Shown piece after piece: positions 7,574 through 16,562 of a stretch of 30,185 nt of DNA (position 1 is the stretch's first letter; every line of letters begins with the position of its first letter). Location of the stretch: the NCBI RefSeq assembly GCF_020969955.1, contig NZ_JAHDSX010000030.1, positions 1-30,185 of the forward strand, read 5' to 3'. The notes beneath the pieces were generated by a model. It saw nothing but the letters and a program-made list of their open reading frames with translations, had not been told where the DNA came from and did no database searches. The translations under genes were made by a program, and so were the position numbers. The DNA comes from Allobaculum fili (GTDB taxonomy: Bacteria > Bacillota_I > Bacilli_A > Erysipelotrichales > Erysipelotrichaceae).

Positions 7574-9973
7574 ATGTACGATCATCAGTCCATTGAGAAA
7601 AAGTGGCAGAAGTACTGGGCGGATCATAAAACGTTCAAAACCGATACGTCCGATTTCTCCAAACCAAAATACTATGTACTCGACATGTTCCCGTATCCAT
7701 CTGGAAACGGACTCCATGTCGGACACCCGGAAGGCTATACTGCCACGGATATCATCGCCCGCAAAAAACGCATGGAAGGTTATAACGTTCTCCATCCGAT
7801 GGGCTTTGACTCCTTTGGTCTGCCAGCTGAGCAGTACGCCATTCAGACCGGCCATCACCCTTCGGAATTCACAAAGCAGAATATTGATCATTTCCGCGAT
7901 CAGATTCAGTCTCTCGGCTTCTCCTACGACTGGGACCGCGAAATTGCGACCAGCGATCCGGAGTACTACAAGTGGACCCAGTGGATATTTACCAAGCTCT
8001 ATGAAAAAGGTCTGGCTTACATCGATGAGATTCCCGTTAACTGGTGCCCAGAACTCAAATGCGTCCTGGCAAACGAAGAAGTTATCGACGGCAAGAGCGA
8101 ACGCGGCGGCTACCCGGTTATCCGCAAACCGATGCGTCAGTGGGTACTGCGTATTACCGAATACGCAGACCGCCTGCTGGAAGATCTCGATCTCGTAGAC
8201 TGGCCATCCTCCACAAAAGAAATGCAGAAAAACTGGATCGGTAAGTCTGCGGGTGCCAATGTCATTTTCGATATTGACGGCCACGACAAGCAGTTCACCG
8301 TATTCACGACGCGCTGCGATACCCTCTTTGGCGCAACCTACTGTGTAATGGCTCCGGAACATCCTTTCGTTGACGAAATCACTACGCCGGAACAGAAAGA
8401 AGCGGTGGAAGCCTATAAAAAGGAATGCGCTACCAAATCCGATCTGCAGAGAACGGATTTGAACAAAGATAAAACCGGCGTCTTCACCGGCGCCTATGCG
8501 ATCAACCCGGTCAATGGAAAGAAAGTACCAATCTGGATTTCCGACTATGTACTCGCTTCCTATGGAACCGGCGCCATTATGGCCGTACCGGCTCATGACA
8601 CCCGCGACTATGAATTCGCCAAAAAATTCGGTCTGCCCATTATTCCGGTCATCGAAGGCGGCGACATTGAAAAAGAAGCCTGGACGGAAGACGGGATGCA
8701 TATCAATTCCGAATGGCTTAATGGCTTAGGCAAGAAGGAAGCCATCGGCAAGATGATCGAGTGGCTGGAAGCCCATCACGCAGGAAATGCCAAGACAACG
8801 TACAAACTGCGTGACTGGCTCTTTTCGAGACAGCGCTACTGGGGCGAGCCGATTCCAATCGTTCATATGGAAGACGGCACCGAACGCACCATTGATGTGG
8901 AAGAACTCCCGCTCGAACTCCCGGCAACGGACAATTTCCAGCCGGCGGATAACGGTGAATCGCCGCTGGCCAACTGCACCGACTGGCTCAATGTGGAAAT
9001 TGACGGCGTAAAGGGAACACGCGAAACGAATACGATGCCGCAGTGGGCCGGCTCCTGCTGGTACTACATGCGCTACATCGATCCGCATAACGACAAGGCG
9101 ATTGCCGACCCGAAACTGCTTGAGCACTGGCTCCCGGTTGATCTGTACGTCGGCGGTGCGGAACATGCGGTTCTGCATCTGCTCTATGCACGTTTCTGGC
9201 ACAAAGTGCTCTACGATCTGGGCGTAGTCCCGACAAAGGAACCGTTCCAGAAACTGTTCCATCAGGGCATGATTCTGGGAAGCAACGGCGAAAAGATGTC
9301 GAAATCCCGCGGCAACGTCGTAAACCCGGATGAAATCGTCGCCAGCCATGGTGCTGATGCACTGCGCGTTTACGAAATGTTCATGGGACCGCTCGAAGCG
9401 GGTCTGCCCTGGTCGACGACGGGTCTGGACGGTACCCGCAAGTGGCTCGAACGCGTTAACCGCGCTTTCACCGAAGCTCTGGAAATTACCGATGAAAACG
9501 ATGGAAACCTCGACAAAGTCTATAACCAGACGGTGAAGAAAGTTTCCAAGGATATCGATACCCTTAACTTCAACACCGCCATTTCGCAGATGATGATCTT
9601 CATCAACGAAGCGTACAAGAACAAGAAGATTTACCGCCCGTACGCGTTAGGCTTTGTGAAGATGATTTCAACGTTCGCACCGCATCTGGGCGAAGAGCTC
9701 TGGCACACGCTGACCGGAAGCAATGAGTCCATCGCCTACGAACCCTGGCCGACCTGGGACGAATCCAAGCTTGTGGAAGATGTCGTAACCGTCATCGTTC
9801 AGGTCAACGGCAAAGTCCGCGGCAAATTCGAAATGCCGGCCGGCAGCAACGAAGAAGCCCTCAAGGAAAAAGCGCTCGAACAGCCGTCTGTCATCAAATT
9901 TACCGAAGGCCACGAAATCAAGAAGATCATTGTGGTCAAAGGCAAAGTGGTTAACATCGTAGTCGCAAAGTAA
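7574..9973 (+). CDS. leuS: Leucine--tRNA ligase
   Basis: 799 aa starting [15 protein letters not shown]. Class I signatures [12 protein letters not shown] (HIGH) and KMSKS ([10 protein letters not shown]). The start at 7574 follows GGAAAGGAAA; the upstream ORF extension overlaps the T-box region. Confidence 0.95.
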   Translation: MYDHQSIEKKWQKYWADHKTFKTDTSDFSKPKYYVLDMFPYPSGNGLHVGHPEGYTATDIIARKKRMEGYNVLHPMGFDSFGLPAEQYAIQTGHHPSEFTKQNIDHFRDQIQSLGFSYDWDREIATSDPEYYKWTQWIFTKLYEKGLAYIDEIPVNWCPELKCVLANEEVIDGKSERGGYPVIRKPMRQWVLRITEYADRLLEDLDLVDWPSSTKEMQKNWIGKSAGANVIFDIDGHDKQFTVFTTRCDTLFGATYCVMAPEHPFVDEITTPEQKEAVEAYKKECATKSDLQRTDLNKDKTGVFTGAYAINPVNGKKVPIWISDYVLASYGTGAIMAVPAHDTRDYEFAKKFGLPIIPVIEGGDIEKEAWTEDGMHINSEWLNGLGKKEAIGKMIEWLEAHHAGNAKTTYKLRDWLFSRQRYWGEPIPIVHMEDGTERTIDVEELPLELPATDNFQPADNGESPLANCTDWLNVEIDGVKGTRETNTMPQWAGSCWYYMRYIDPHNDKAIADPKLLEHWLPVDLYVGGAEHAVLHLLYARFWHKVLYDLGVVPTKEPFQKLFHQGMILGSNGEKMSKSRGNVVNPDEIVASHGADALRVYEMFMGPLEAGLPWSTTGLDGTRKWLERVNRAFTEALEITDENDGNLDKVYNQTVKKVSKDIDTLNFNTAISQMMIFINEAYKNKKIYRPYALGFVKMISTFAPHLGEELWHTLTGSNESIAYEPWPTWDESKLVEDVVTVIVQVNGKVRGKFEMPAGSNEEALKEKALEQPSVIKFTEGHEIKKIIVVKGKVVNIVVAK

Positions 9974-10018
9974 GAGCGGTGAGAACGAGTACCATTCAGA
10001 TTTCAAATCCCATTACAA

Positions 10019-10052
10019 GAGCATGGTACAGAACATCCGTGCTCTTTTTACC
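10019..10052 (+). terminator. Rho-independent terminator of leuS
   Basis: GAGCATGG / CCGTGCTC 8-bp stem (one G-U), 10-nt loop, then TTTTTACC. Confidence 0.6.
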
Positions 10053-10314
10053 GAAAGGAAAAGCTTCAGCTCCCCAACAGAAAATTCAGGTATCGAAACA
10101 AGGTGGAGAACGGCTCGCAGAACGATCCGACAGACGGCCGATCCTGAAAGAATGGTTCTAATTGCTGCGGAGAATAGGGCTCTGTAAACCCGCTTTCGAA
10201 GGTGTTCACGCCGAAATTCTGCAGGCTCGCAAAGCGAGAGCCGAGTACAGCATGTCATCCGGCGCTTTTTAAACCTGGATCAAAAACTTCTCAAATTTCA
10301 AAATAACAGAACGG

Positions 10315-10355
10315 AAAAAGGGGACGGATCGTGAAGATCCGTCCCCTTCGTTTTG
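10315..10355. terminator. Bidirectional terminator (serves the 1779-aa hydrolase gene)
   Basis: GGGGACGGATC / GATCCGTCCCC 11-bp perfect stem with 5-nt loop, flanked by AAAAA upstream and TTCGTTTT downstream. Confidence 0.7.
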
Positions 10356-10434
10356 CTTGAAAGGAAACTGTAAAACTTTTTCGCCTGTCGGATAACCGAA
10401 AGGCTGGGCAATATGATTTGGGCTTAAATAAAAC

Positions 10435-13400
10435 TTATTTCAGGCTGGAAAGCTTGCCGGCTTCGGGTTTCAGTCGCATAGCCAGGTCAGCCTTGGCCAG
10501 ATCGCGGGCAGTCTGATCGATCTGAGCCTGACTTTCAGCCTTATCGAGCAGAGCTTTGGCGGCAGTGAGTTTTGTTCCAAAGTCTGTCTTAGCATTGCCA
10601 TCCTTGTAGGAAGCAAGGCCTGTGTTAACGGTCTCGGCATGGCGGATTGCTTCACGAAGGAGGTCGTAGTTGTATTCAATCGGTTCGACTTCTTCGAGTG
10701 CAGCATAGGCATCGAGAAGAGCCTCAGCAGCATTGGCCACTGCCGTTGCATCTTCACCGCTCATGCGTGCAGCCTGTGCATCGACGTAAGCAGCACGGAA
10801 GGCTGCCCAGGCTTCATCGGAGCCTTTCTGTTCGCCTTCATACGTGGTTTTGGTCGTATTGAGTGCGTTGATAACTGCGGTGGCATCTACGAGGTTATTT
10901 GCAGCTTCGAGAGCTTCTGCTTTCAGAGCGTCCCATGCCTGCGCGCGAATGGATTCGGTGGCGTTCACCTTGTCCATTACCTTCTGATAGGCTTCCGCCG
11001 TATCGATTGTCATGTTTGTAACATCCAGATCTTTGATGGAGTTCAGAGCTGCCTTTGCAGCTGTGAGAGCATCGCCGGTCAGAATGTCATTTGGACCTTC
11101 TGCATACAGTTCTTCGGCTGCTGCAAAATCGCGGTCGTTGATGGTGGAGAGACAGGTGAGCTTGAATCCGTTGATGGAAACCGGATTGCCTTCGTCATCA
11201 GTTACATCGACTTTCTGCAGATCGGTTGTGGAAGTGAAGGTTCCGTTGATTGTCTTGACAACAGCGCCATTGGCGTCGAGCAGTTCCAGCTTATAGTCCT
11301 TGATCGAACCGTTGACGTTGCCGCGGCCCTTGTAATCGATCTTGTTTACAGACAGTGTCTTTCCAAAATCAACTTTGATCCAGTGCGGATTATCATCCGT
11401 GCACTTGTCGCTGCCGCTGTAGTTTGTGTGCCAGCGATCGTTAGGATTGTCGTTGATGGCAGCCATCGCGCCGCTGTCGCCGTTCGATGTTCCGGAAGCT
11501 TCAGAGCAGGCGGAAGCACTCCAGCCATTACGGCTGTAAACCTGCGAGGACAGTTCTTCCGGATCGGCCGGTGCTTCGTCTTCGATTTCAGAAAGCGGTT
11601 TGGCAGCGTTGGAAATGCGGATGTTGCCGATCTTGCCGCTGAAGCCGGCATCGGCCATCGTGTAGTCTCCGCCAGTGAGCGAAAGACCGATGAGAGCCTT
11701 GTCGTAAAGGGAAGCGTACAGCGTGCCGTCGATGTAAATCTTCAGCATGCCGTTCGCGGTTTTGGAAGCGGTGATGCGATGGTTCTTTCCATCGTTGATT
11801 TTGCCTTCGTCTACCGTATGCGTTTCGTGTTCTACGTATTCATCGGTACCGAATTTGCCGGTGTCTTTGGAATCGACGTAGGTACGCTGATCCAGCGAAC
11901 TGAGGGTATGGCTTCCGACTTTGAAGTTCAGATAGCCGTTTTCATCAATGGAAAGGGCTACGTCGCTGCCGGAGTTAAACAGCGCTTTGGACATCGCGGT
12001 CGTATTGAGATCCATAACGATCGAGAAATCCTGCGTTCCGGACAGCGTATTGGAATCGCTGAGGGAAACTTTGGAAGTCGGCTGCGTGAAGTAGGTATCC
12101 AGGTCTGCATCGTAGGACTTGCTCAGGGATTCGGGAAGAACGCCCTTGTTTGTCGTATCGAGAATCAGACCGTTGCGGTATACAGGAACGTTGAGTTTGA
12201 TCGTTCTTTCCACACCGGAAGCATCTTTTTCGGTGATTTCCACCTCAGGGTTCGTAAGGCTGCCGATGGAGAAGGGGATCGATACAGTGCGGTAGTCGTC
12301 ATGGAGTTTGAAGTCAGTAATTTCCTTGCCGTCGACTTTGACGGATACAGGGGTAACGCGCTGATCAAATTTCACAGCGAGCGTGTTGTTGTCGGTATTC
12401 TTTGCGGATACCGCTTTTGGAGCAGATGGAGCTTTGGCACCGAAGTGGTAAATCACCATTTCGTTTGCCGGAACGGTTACGGTGATGGAATCGCCGTAGC
12501 TGTACGTTTCCGTGCTCGTGCCGGAAACGAACGGACGAACGCTGATGTAGGAAAGGTTTTTCACAGAGGCATCCACGCCGGCCTGTGCATCCAGTTTGAG
12601 TGTATACGTCTGTTCGGAAGAAGTCGGGTTGACAACAGAAACGATGCCTTCCTGACCTTTCCATGCGGAATACCCGTAAACCTGAGCATTGCCCGGAACG
12701 CCGCCATGCAGACGGGAAGTTTTCAGAACATCCTGATTGGTTTCCATCCAGTCCAGGACGTCCATGGTAATTTCGTATTTTTCTTCATTCACGATCGATG
12801 GAGAATAGTAAAGTTCCCAGAACAGAGTACCGCGCATGGCGTTGGCAAACATGTACTGGCGGAAGTCCGCATCGGTCGCATTCGAACCTTTACCCTGGTT
12901 GTTGACCTGGCCGTGGTTGTCGGAAACGCCGTAAATCGGTTCGTGGTTGTAGAAGTGGTTCTGCGGGAACTGAACCTGGAACTTGTTGGCAAGGTTATAG
13001 TACACGTTGTCTCGGTAGTAAATCTTGCGGATATGGCGAGCAGCTGTACCAGCTACGTCATTGGTGTCATCGGAGTTCTGCAGCCATACGGTATTGACCC
13101 ACTGCAGCATCCATGGGGACAGCTCGACAAAGCAGGTCGCGTTGATGAAGAGCGGTCTGCCCTGCGAAGCATTGAAGGCACGTACATTTTCAAACAGATC
13201 CGTCCAGTGTTCCCAGAGATCGGATGTGTAGTACATGTTGTTCGGTCCGCCGACCATGTGGTCATGTGCTGCGTTTGTGCAGTGACCGGTCGCAAAACCG
13301 TCCCACTTCCAGTATTCAACGCCATAGTCTTTCTGCCACATTTTAGCGAGACGTTCAAAGTTGTCGACATACTTGTGGGAAGCGATACAGATATCGCCTT

Positions 13401-15774
13401 TGGAGTAGCCGGTGCCGGCTTCTTCAATAATGTGAGCAATGTTGCCTTCTGATCCATACCCGCCGCGCGGGCCGATCCAGATACCGAATGTGGACTGGAG
13501 CTTGTTGGCCAGAGAAGTAGACGTATAGAAATCGTTCGGGAACTTGTCGTTGATTTCCCAGAATCCGGTACGGTTTAGGTTGTTTCCGTATTCGGAGTTG
13601 AACTGGGTTTCGTTATACGCATAGGAGTTCCAGCCGTCATCGACAACGTATGCATCGAGCGGTTCAACGCCGTTGCGGGAAAGTCCGTCTTCCATACCAA
13701 CGAAGGATTTTTCAATACTTGCATCGGTGATGTTTTTCATGTTGTCGTACCAGGAGTTGTACTGCTTGCGGAATACGGTCGGCGTTGCGATGTCTTCAAT
13801 GTAGTTGAAGAAGTCGGTCTTCACTTCATTGACTGTCGTTCCGCGGGCTGCACCGATGACGTTCTGCCAGGAGACAAACTTGTCATCCGTCGTCAGCATA
13901 TTGTCTTCCTTCATTTTGGAGAAGGACTTGCCGGAGTAGTAGCGAACCTGCGTGGTTTTATCCGAAGGTCTGTATTCCGTTTCGGCTACCGGGAATTCGC
14001 TTCCCATAAACAGGCCGTCTACATAAATCGGCTGACCGAGCATGGAATCGTGCGCATCCAGACCGCCGTAGCCAAAGCCGCCGGCATTCGTCGGATGGGT
14101 CCAGATCGTATCGGCATCGTCATCCGGAATCACAAATGCATCCTGATCGATATAGCTAACGACCGCGGTATCCTTGCTGGATTTGATTTCCAGGAAGGAA
14201 CGCATGTAATCCTTGCCGTCTTCGGCGACATAGATTTCATCGATATCGAACGTCGTTCCGCCAAAGTCGTACGGCTCATAGCTGATCGTCAGCTTGACGC
14301 CGTTTTCGGTATCTGCTTTTTCAGCTTTTTCGAACGTAAGATCGCTGGTTTTGATCGTTCCTTCCTTGCCGATCGCCTGCTCATCCAGGCTGCGGTATTC
14401 CGGACCCTGATAGGCGTCGGAGTACAGATTGACTTCGGCCATCGCAAATTCTTCGGCAGTACCCATAGCCATGCCGGTAAACTGCAGACGGATATGCTGG
14501 GTGGTTACAGCAGTATTAAGGTTGCAGTAAACGCGGTCGCCGACGTTATACAGGCTGTCAACCTGATGGAGGTTATACGCAGCTTCGGTGAAGGCACCTT
14601 TGCCTGCGGATACCCAGTTCGTACCGTCTTCACTTGTGAAGACTTCGAATGCGCCGACGGTACCGTTTTTGCCGTCTACGGCATTGCCTGCACCGGGACG
14701 CTTATCAAGAGAGAAGGATTTGACGGTCTGTTCAGATCCAAGATTGAGGTCTACATTAATCGGGAATCCATTGTGATTTCCCTGACCAGGACCGCCTTCA
14801 TCCGGATAGGTTGAGAGATCGCCATCGATGATCGACTTAAAGGAGGCATCAGTAAAGGCTCCGTTATTTTTCGGTGTGATCGAACCGGTCCAATCCGTGC
14901 GATCGAGAGCCTGTGTCGGAACGGTTACTTTCTGCGGAATTTTGTTTTCGAAGAAATTAATTTCGGAAGTTGTAAATTCCTGCTTGTCGGAATTCCATAC
15001 GGTGGAAACCTGGCGAACCTTGAAATAGCGCGCTGTCTGCGGTGCGGTAAAGTTGAAGGCTACGCGATCGCCAACGTTAAAGAGGCTGTCGACTTTGTGC
15101 AGATTATAATCATCTGCTGTAAATTCGCCTTCATCAAATTTTGTCCAGTTCTCTCCGTCATCGCTTTTGTACAGTTCGAATTTGCCCATCGAACCGTTTA
15201 GGCCATACGCCTCTTCTTGGAACCCTGGACGCTTGTCAACCGAGAAGGCAGAAACCGTTTTGGCTTCTTTCATATCGATTACCGCATCCCAGGGATTGCT
15301 GGCATTGTTGTAGTCATCCGGATTCGTACTGAGGTTGCCGTCAATCAGCTTACCGGCGTCTGAAGAAGTAAATCCGCCGCCGGAAGTATTGGTCAGGGAT
15401 GCTGTCCAGCCAGTACGGTCCATTGCAGTAGCGTTTTCAACATCGAGCTTCTGAGGATTGGCGATAATGTCTTCCTGAGCCGTATCCCCATACGTCTGTG
15501 CGGAAATGACAAAGTCCTCCGATCCAGCCCCTGGAGTCAGCGTGCGATCAATTTTATGGTTCACGACGCCCGTCGTGGCCACTTTGCCGTCTGTAACCGA
15601 GAACGTACGGGAAATCTTGTTGTTACCGATACTCAGCTGGTTGTCTGAGATCATCGCATCAAAATCCGTACCATCGGATTCATTGGCCAGAACAACTGTG
15701 GAAGATCCTAATGAGCTCGCCCCAAGCGTCAGAGAAAGAAGGCTTCCCAGCAGCTTTCTGTGTTTTGAATTCAT
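10435..15774 (-). CDS. Secreted multi-domain glycoside hydrolase, clan GH-D (GH36-like) core with three F5/8-type-C (CBM32-like) modules, a LamG-like module and a C-terminal helical FIVAR-like region
   Basis: 1779 aa. Signal peptide ending VLA|NE. Core motifs YNSWYD...AYVVDDGW, EYWKWDG and VWLQNSDDTND parallel GH36 NSWE...DDGWF, KWD and WTSDNTD. Discoidin-type modules at aa 116-276, 288-452 and 1412-1560 (third with DRWHT...HWIKVDFG...NGSIKDYKLE). Confidence 0.85.
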   Translation of the reverse strand: MNSKHRKLLGSLLSLTLGASSLGSSTVVLANESDGTDFDAMISDNQLSIGNNKISRTFSVTDGKVATTGVVNHKIDRTLTPGAGSEDFVISAQTYGDTAQEDIIANPQKLDVENATAMDRTGWTASLTNTSGGGFTSSDAGKLIDGNLSTNPDDYNNASNPWDAVIDMKEAKTVSAFSVDKRPGFQEEAYGLNGSMGKFELYKSDDGENWTKFDEGEFTADDYNLHKVDSLFNVGDRVAFNFTAPQTARYFKVRQVSTVWNSDKQEFTTSEINFFENKIPQKVTVPTQALDRTDWTGSITPKNNGAFTDASFKSIIDGDLSTYPDEGGPGQGNHNGFPINVDLNLGSEQTVKSFSLDKRPGAGNAVDGKNGTVGAFEVFTSEDGTNWVSAGKGAFTEAAYNLHQVDSLYNVGDRVYCNLNTAVTTQHIRLQFTGMAMGTAEEFAMAEVNLYSDAYQGPEYRSLDEQAIGKEGTIKTSDLTFEKAEKADTENGVKLTISYEPYDFGGTTFDIDEIYVAEDGKDYMRSFLEIKSSKDTAVVSYIDQDAFVIPDDDADTIWTHPTNAGGFGYGGLDAHDSMLGQPIYVDGLFMGSEFPVAETEYRPSDKTTQVRYYSGKSFSKMKEDNMLTTDDKFVSWQNVIGAARGTTVNEVKTDFFNYIEDIATPTVFRKQYNSWYDNMKNITDASIEKSFVGMEDGLSRNGVEPLDAYVVDDGWNSYAYNETQFNSEYGNNLNRTGFWEINDKFPNDFYTSTSLANKLQSTFGIWIGPRGGYGSEGNIAHIIEEAGTGYSKGDICIASHKYVDNFERLAKMWQKDYGVEYWKWDGFATGHCTNAAHDHMVGGPNNMYYTSDLWEHWTDLFENVRAFNASQGRPLFINATCFVELSPWMLQWVNTVWLQNSDDTNDVAGTAARHIRKIYYRDNVYYNLANKFQVQFPQNHFYNHEPIYGVSDNHGQVNNQGKGSNATDADFRQYMFANAMRGTLFWELYYSPSIVNEEKYEITMDVLDWMETNQDVLKTSRLHGGVPGNAQVYGYSAWKGQEGIVSVVNPTSSEQTYTLKLDAQAGVDASVKNLSYISVRPFVSGTSTETYSYGDSITVTVPANEMVIYHFGAKAPSAPKAVSAKNTDNNTLAVKFDQRVTPVSVKVDGKEITDFKLHDDYRTVSIPFSIGSLTNPEVEITEKDASGVERTIKLNVPVYRNGLILDTTNKGVLPESLSKSYDADLDTYFTQPTSKVSLSDSNTLSGTQDFSIVMDLNTTAMSKALFNSGSDVALSIDENGYLNFKVGSHTLSSLDQRTYVDSKDTGKFGTDEYVEHETHTVDEGKINDGKNHRITASKTANGMLKIYIDGTLYASLYDKALIGLSLTGGDYTMADAGFSGKIGNIRISNAAKPLSEIEDEAPADPEELSSQVYSRNGWSASACSEASGTSNGDSGAMAAINDNPNDRWHTNYSGSDKCTDDNPHWIKVDFGKTLSVNKIDYKGRGNVNGSIKDYKLELLDANGAVVKTINGTFTSTTDLQKVDVTDDEGNPVSINGFKLTCLSTINDRDFAAAEELYAEGPNDILTGDALTAAKAALNSIKDLDVTNMTIDTAEAYQKVMDKVNATESIRAQAWDALKAEALEAANNLVDATAVINALNTTKTTYEGEQKGSDEAWAAFRAAYVDAQAARMSGEDATAVANAAEALLDAYAALEEVEPIEYNYDLLREAIRHAETVNTGLASYKDGNAKTDFGTKLTAAKALLDKAESQAQIDQTARDLAKADLAMRLKPEAGKLSSLK
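15685..15774 (-). other. Sec signal peptide of the 1779-aa hydrolase
   Basis: MNSKHRKLLGSLLSLTLGASSLGSSTVVLA|NE: basic n-region, hydrophobic core, AxA-like cleavage site. Confidence 0.65.
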
Positions 15775-15869
15775 GCTTATTCCTTTCTATTTCATCTTGT
15801 ACATAGTGAAGAATGAAACATTTTGTTTCCTGAATCCACCCCGCAAAGGGAATGCCCGATTTTCCGTTC

Positions 15870-15883
15870 TGAAAGCGAATTCA
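15870..15883. promoter_or_regulatory. Candidate cre (CcpA) operator TGAAAGCGAATTCA
   Basis: Matches every fixed position of the consensus TGNAANCGNWNNCA. Lies between the candidate promoter and the start codon of the hydrolase gene. Confidence 0.45.
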
Positions 15884-15892
15884 TTCACTAAA

Positions 15893-15921
15893 ATGTTAAG
15901 TTATGCCGCATTATTAGTCAA
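15893..15921 (-). promoter_or_regulatory. Candidate sigma-A promoter of the 1779-aa hydrolase gene
   Basis: On minus: TTGACT (15921-15916), 17-nt spacer, TAACAT (15898-15893). Confidence 0.35.
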
Positions 15922-16287
15922 AAACATAAAGTGCTTTTTGCAAATCCGCCGTTTTTTCTGGATATGTCAAATTGAGTAATTTTCAACGAAACCACAAAAA
16001 AGCAGCACCTGCAAAGAAGGTTAAAACGCAAGTGAAAAATACAGGAAAATCCAGCCCCTTCCCTGGACGTGTCCGACCTGCCTTTCGCAGAGCCCAGTGC
16101 TTCTGAAGTCCTTTTCTGCGGCGGTACACTAAGAAAAACGCCAGGTAAAATTTTCTAATCCGGGCGCAATGTTCGACAAAGCGATCCGGTTTTGCCGGCT
16201 GGAAAGCAAAAAGGCGAAGCCTTTCGTCTTTAAAAGCTTCGCAATTTGGCGAGATACACCTTTGGCTGTAGAAATTTAAAAAAGTCG

Positions 16288-16296
16288 TGTTACAAT
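16288..16296 (+). promoter_or_regulatory. Candidate extended -10 promoter element of the tyrS leader
   Basis: TGtTACAAT. No good -35 is visible. Confidence 0.35.
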
Positions 16297-16299
16297 GTC

Positions 16300-16528
16300 G
16301 AAACAAAACAAACATTCGAAAAGCTGAGATAAGAAAGAGTACACAGAGCCGGATTTCCAAGAGAGCTGTCGTTGGGTGCGAGACAGTAAAGACGTCTGTG
16401 GAATACACCTTGGAGCTGCCTTTATGGCCGTGAACCTGCGTTAAAGGCGAGTGCATCAAATAGAAGTTTGATGAATTAAGGTGGTACCGCGCATTGTCGT
16501 CCTTGACAGTGCGCGTTTTTTATTTTCG
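16300..16528 (+). promoter_or_regulatory. T-box leader, Tyr specifier (UAC)
   Basis: AGAGAGCTGTCGTTGGGTGCGAGACAG stem I elements. Candidate specifier GAA-UAC-A at 16404-16406. T-box sequence AATTAAGGTGGTACCGCG at 16474-16491. Terminator GCGCATTGTC/GACAGTGCGC plus TTTTTTATTTT. Confidence 0.8.
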
Positions 16529-16562
16529 GTTTGTTTTGATACTTGAATTATGGAGGATGGAT

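Noticed and set aside
15983-16459. 158-aa minus-strand ORF in the hydrolase/tyrS intergenic region.
   Set aside because: It overlaps the Tyr T-box leader on the opposite strand, has no RBS, and its composition looks non-coding.
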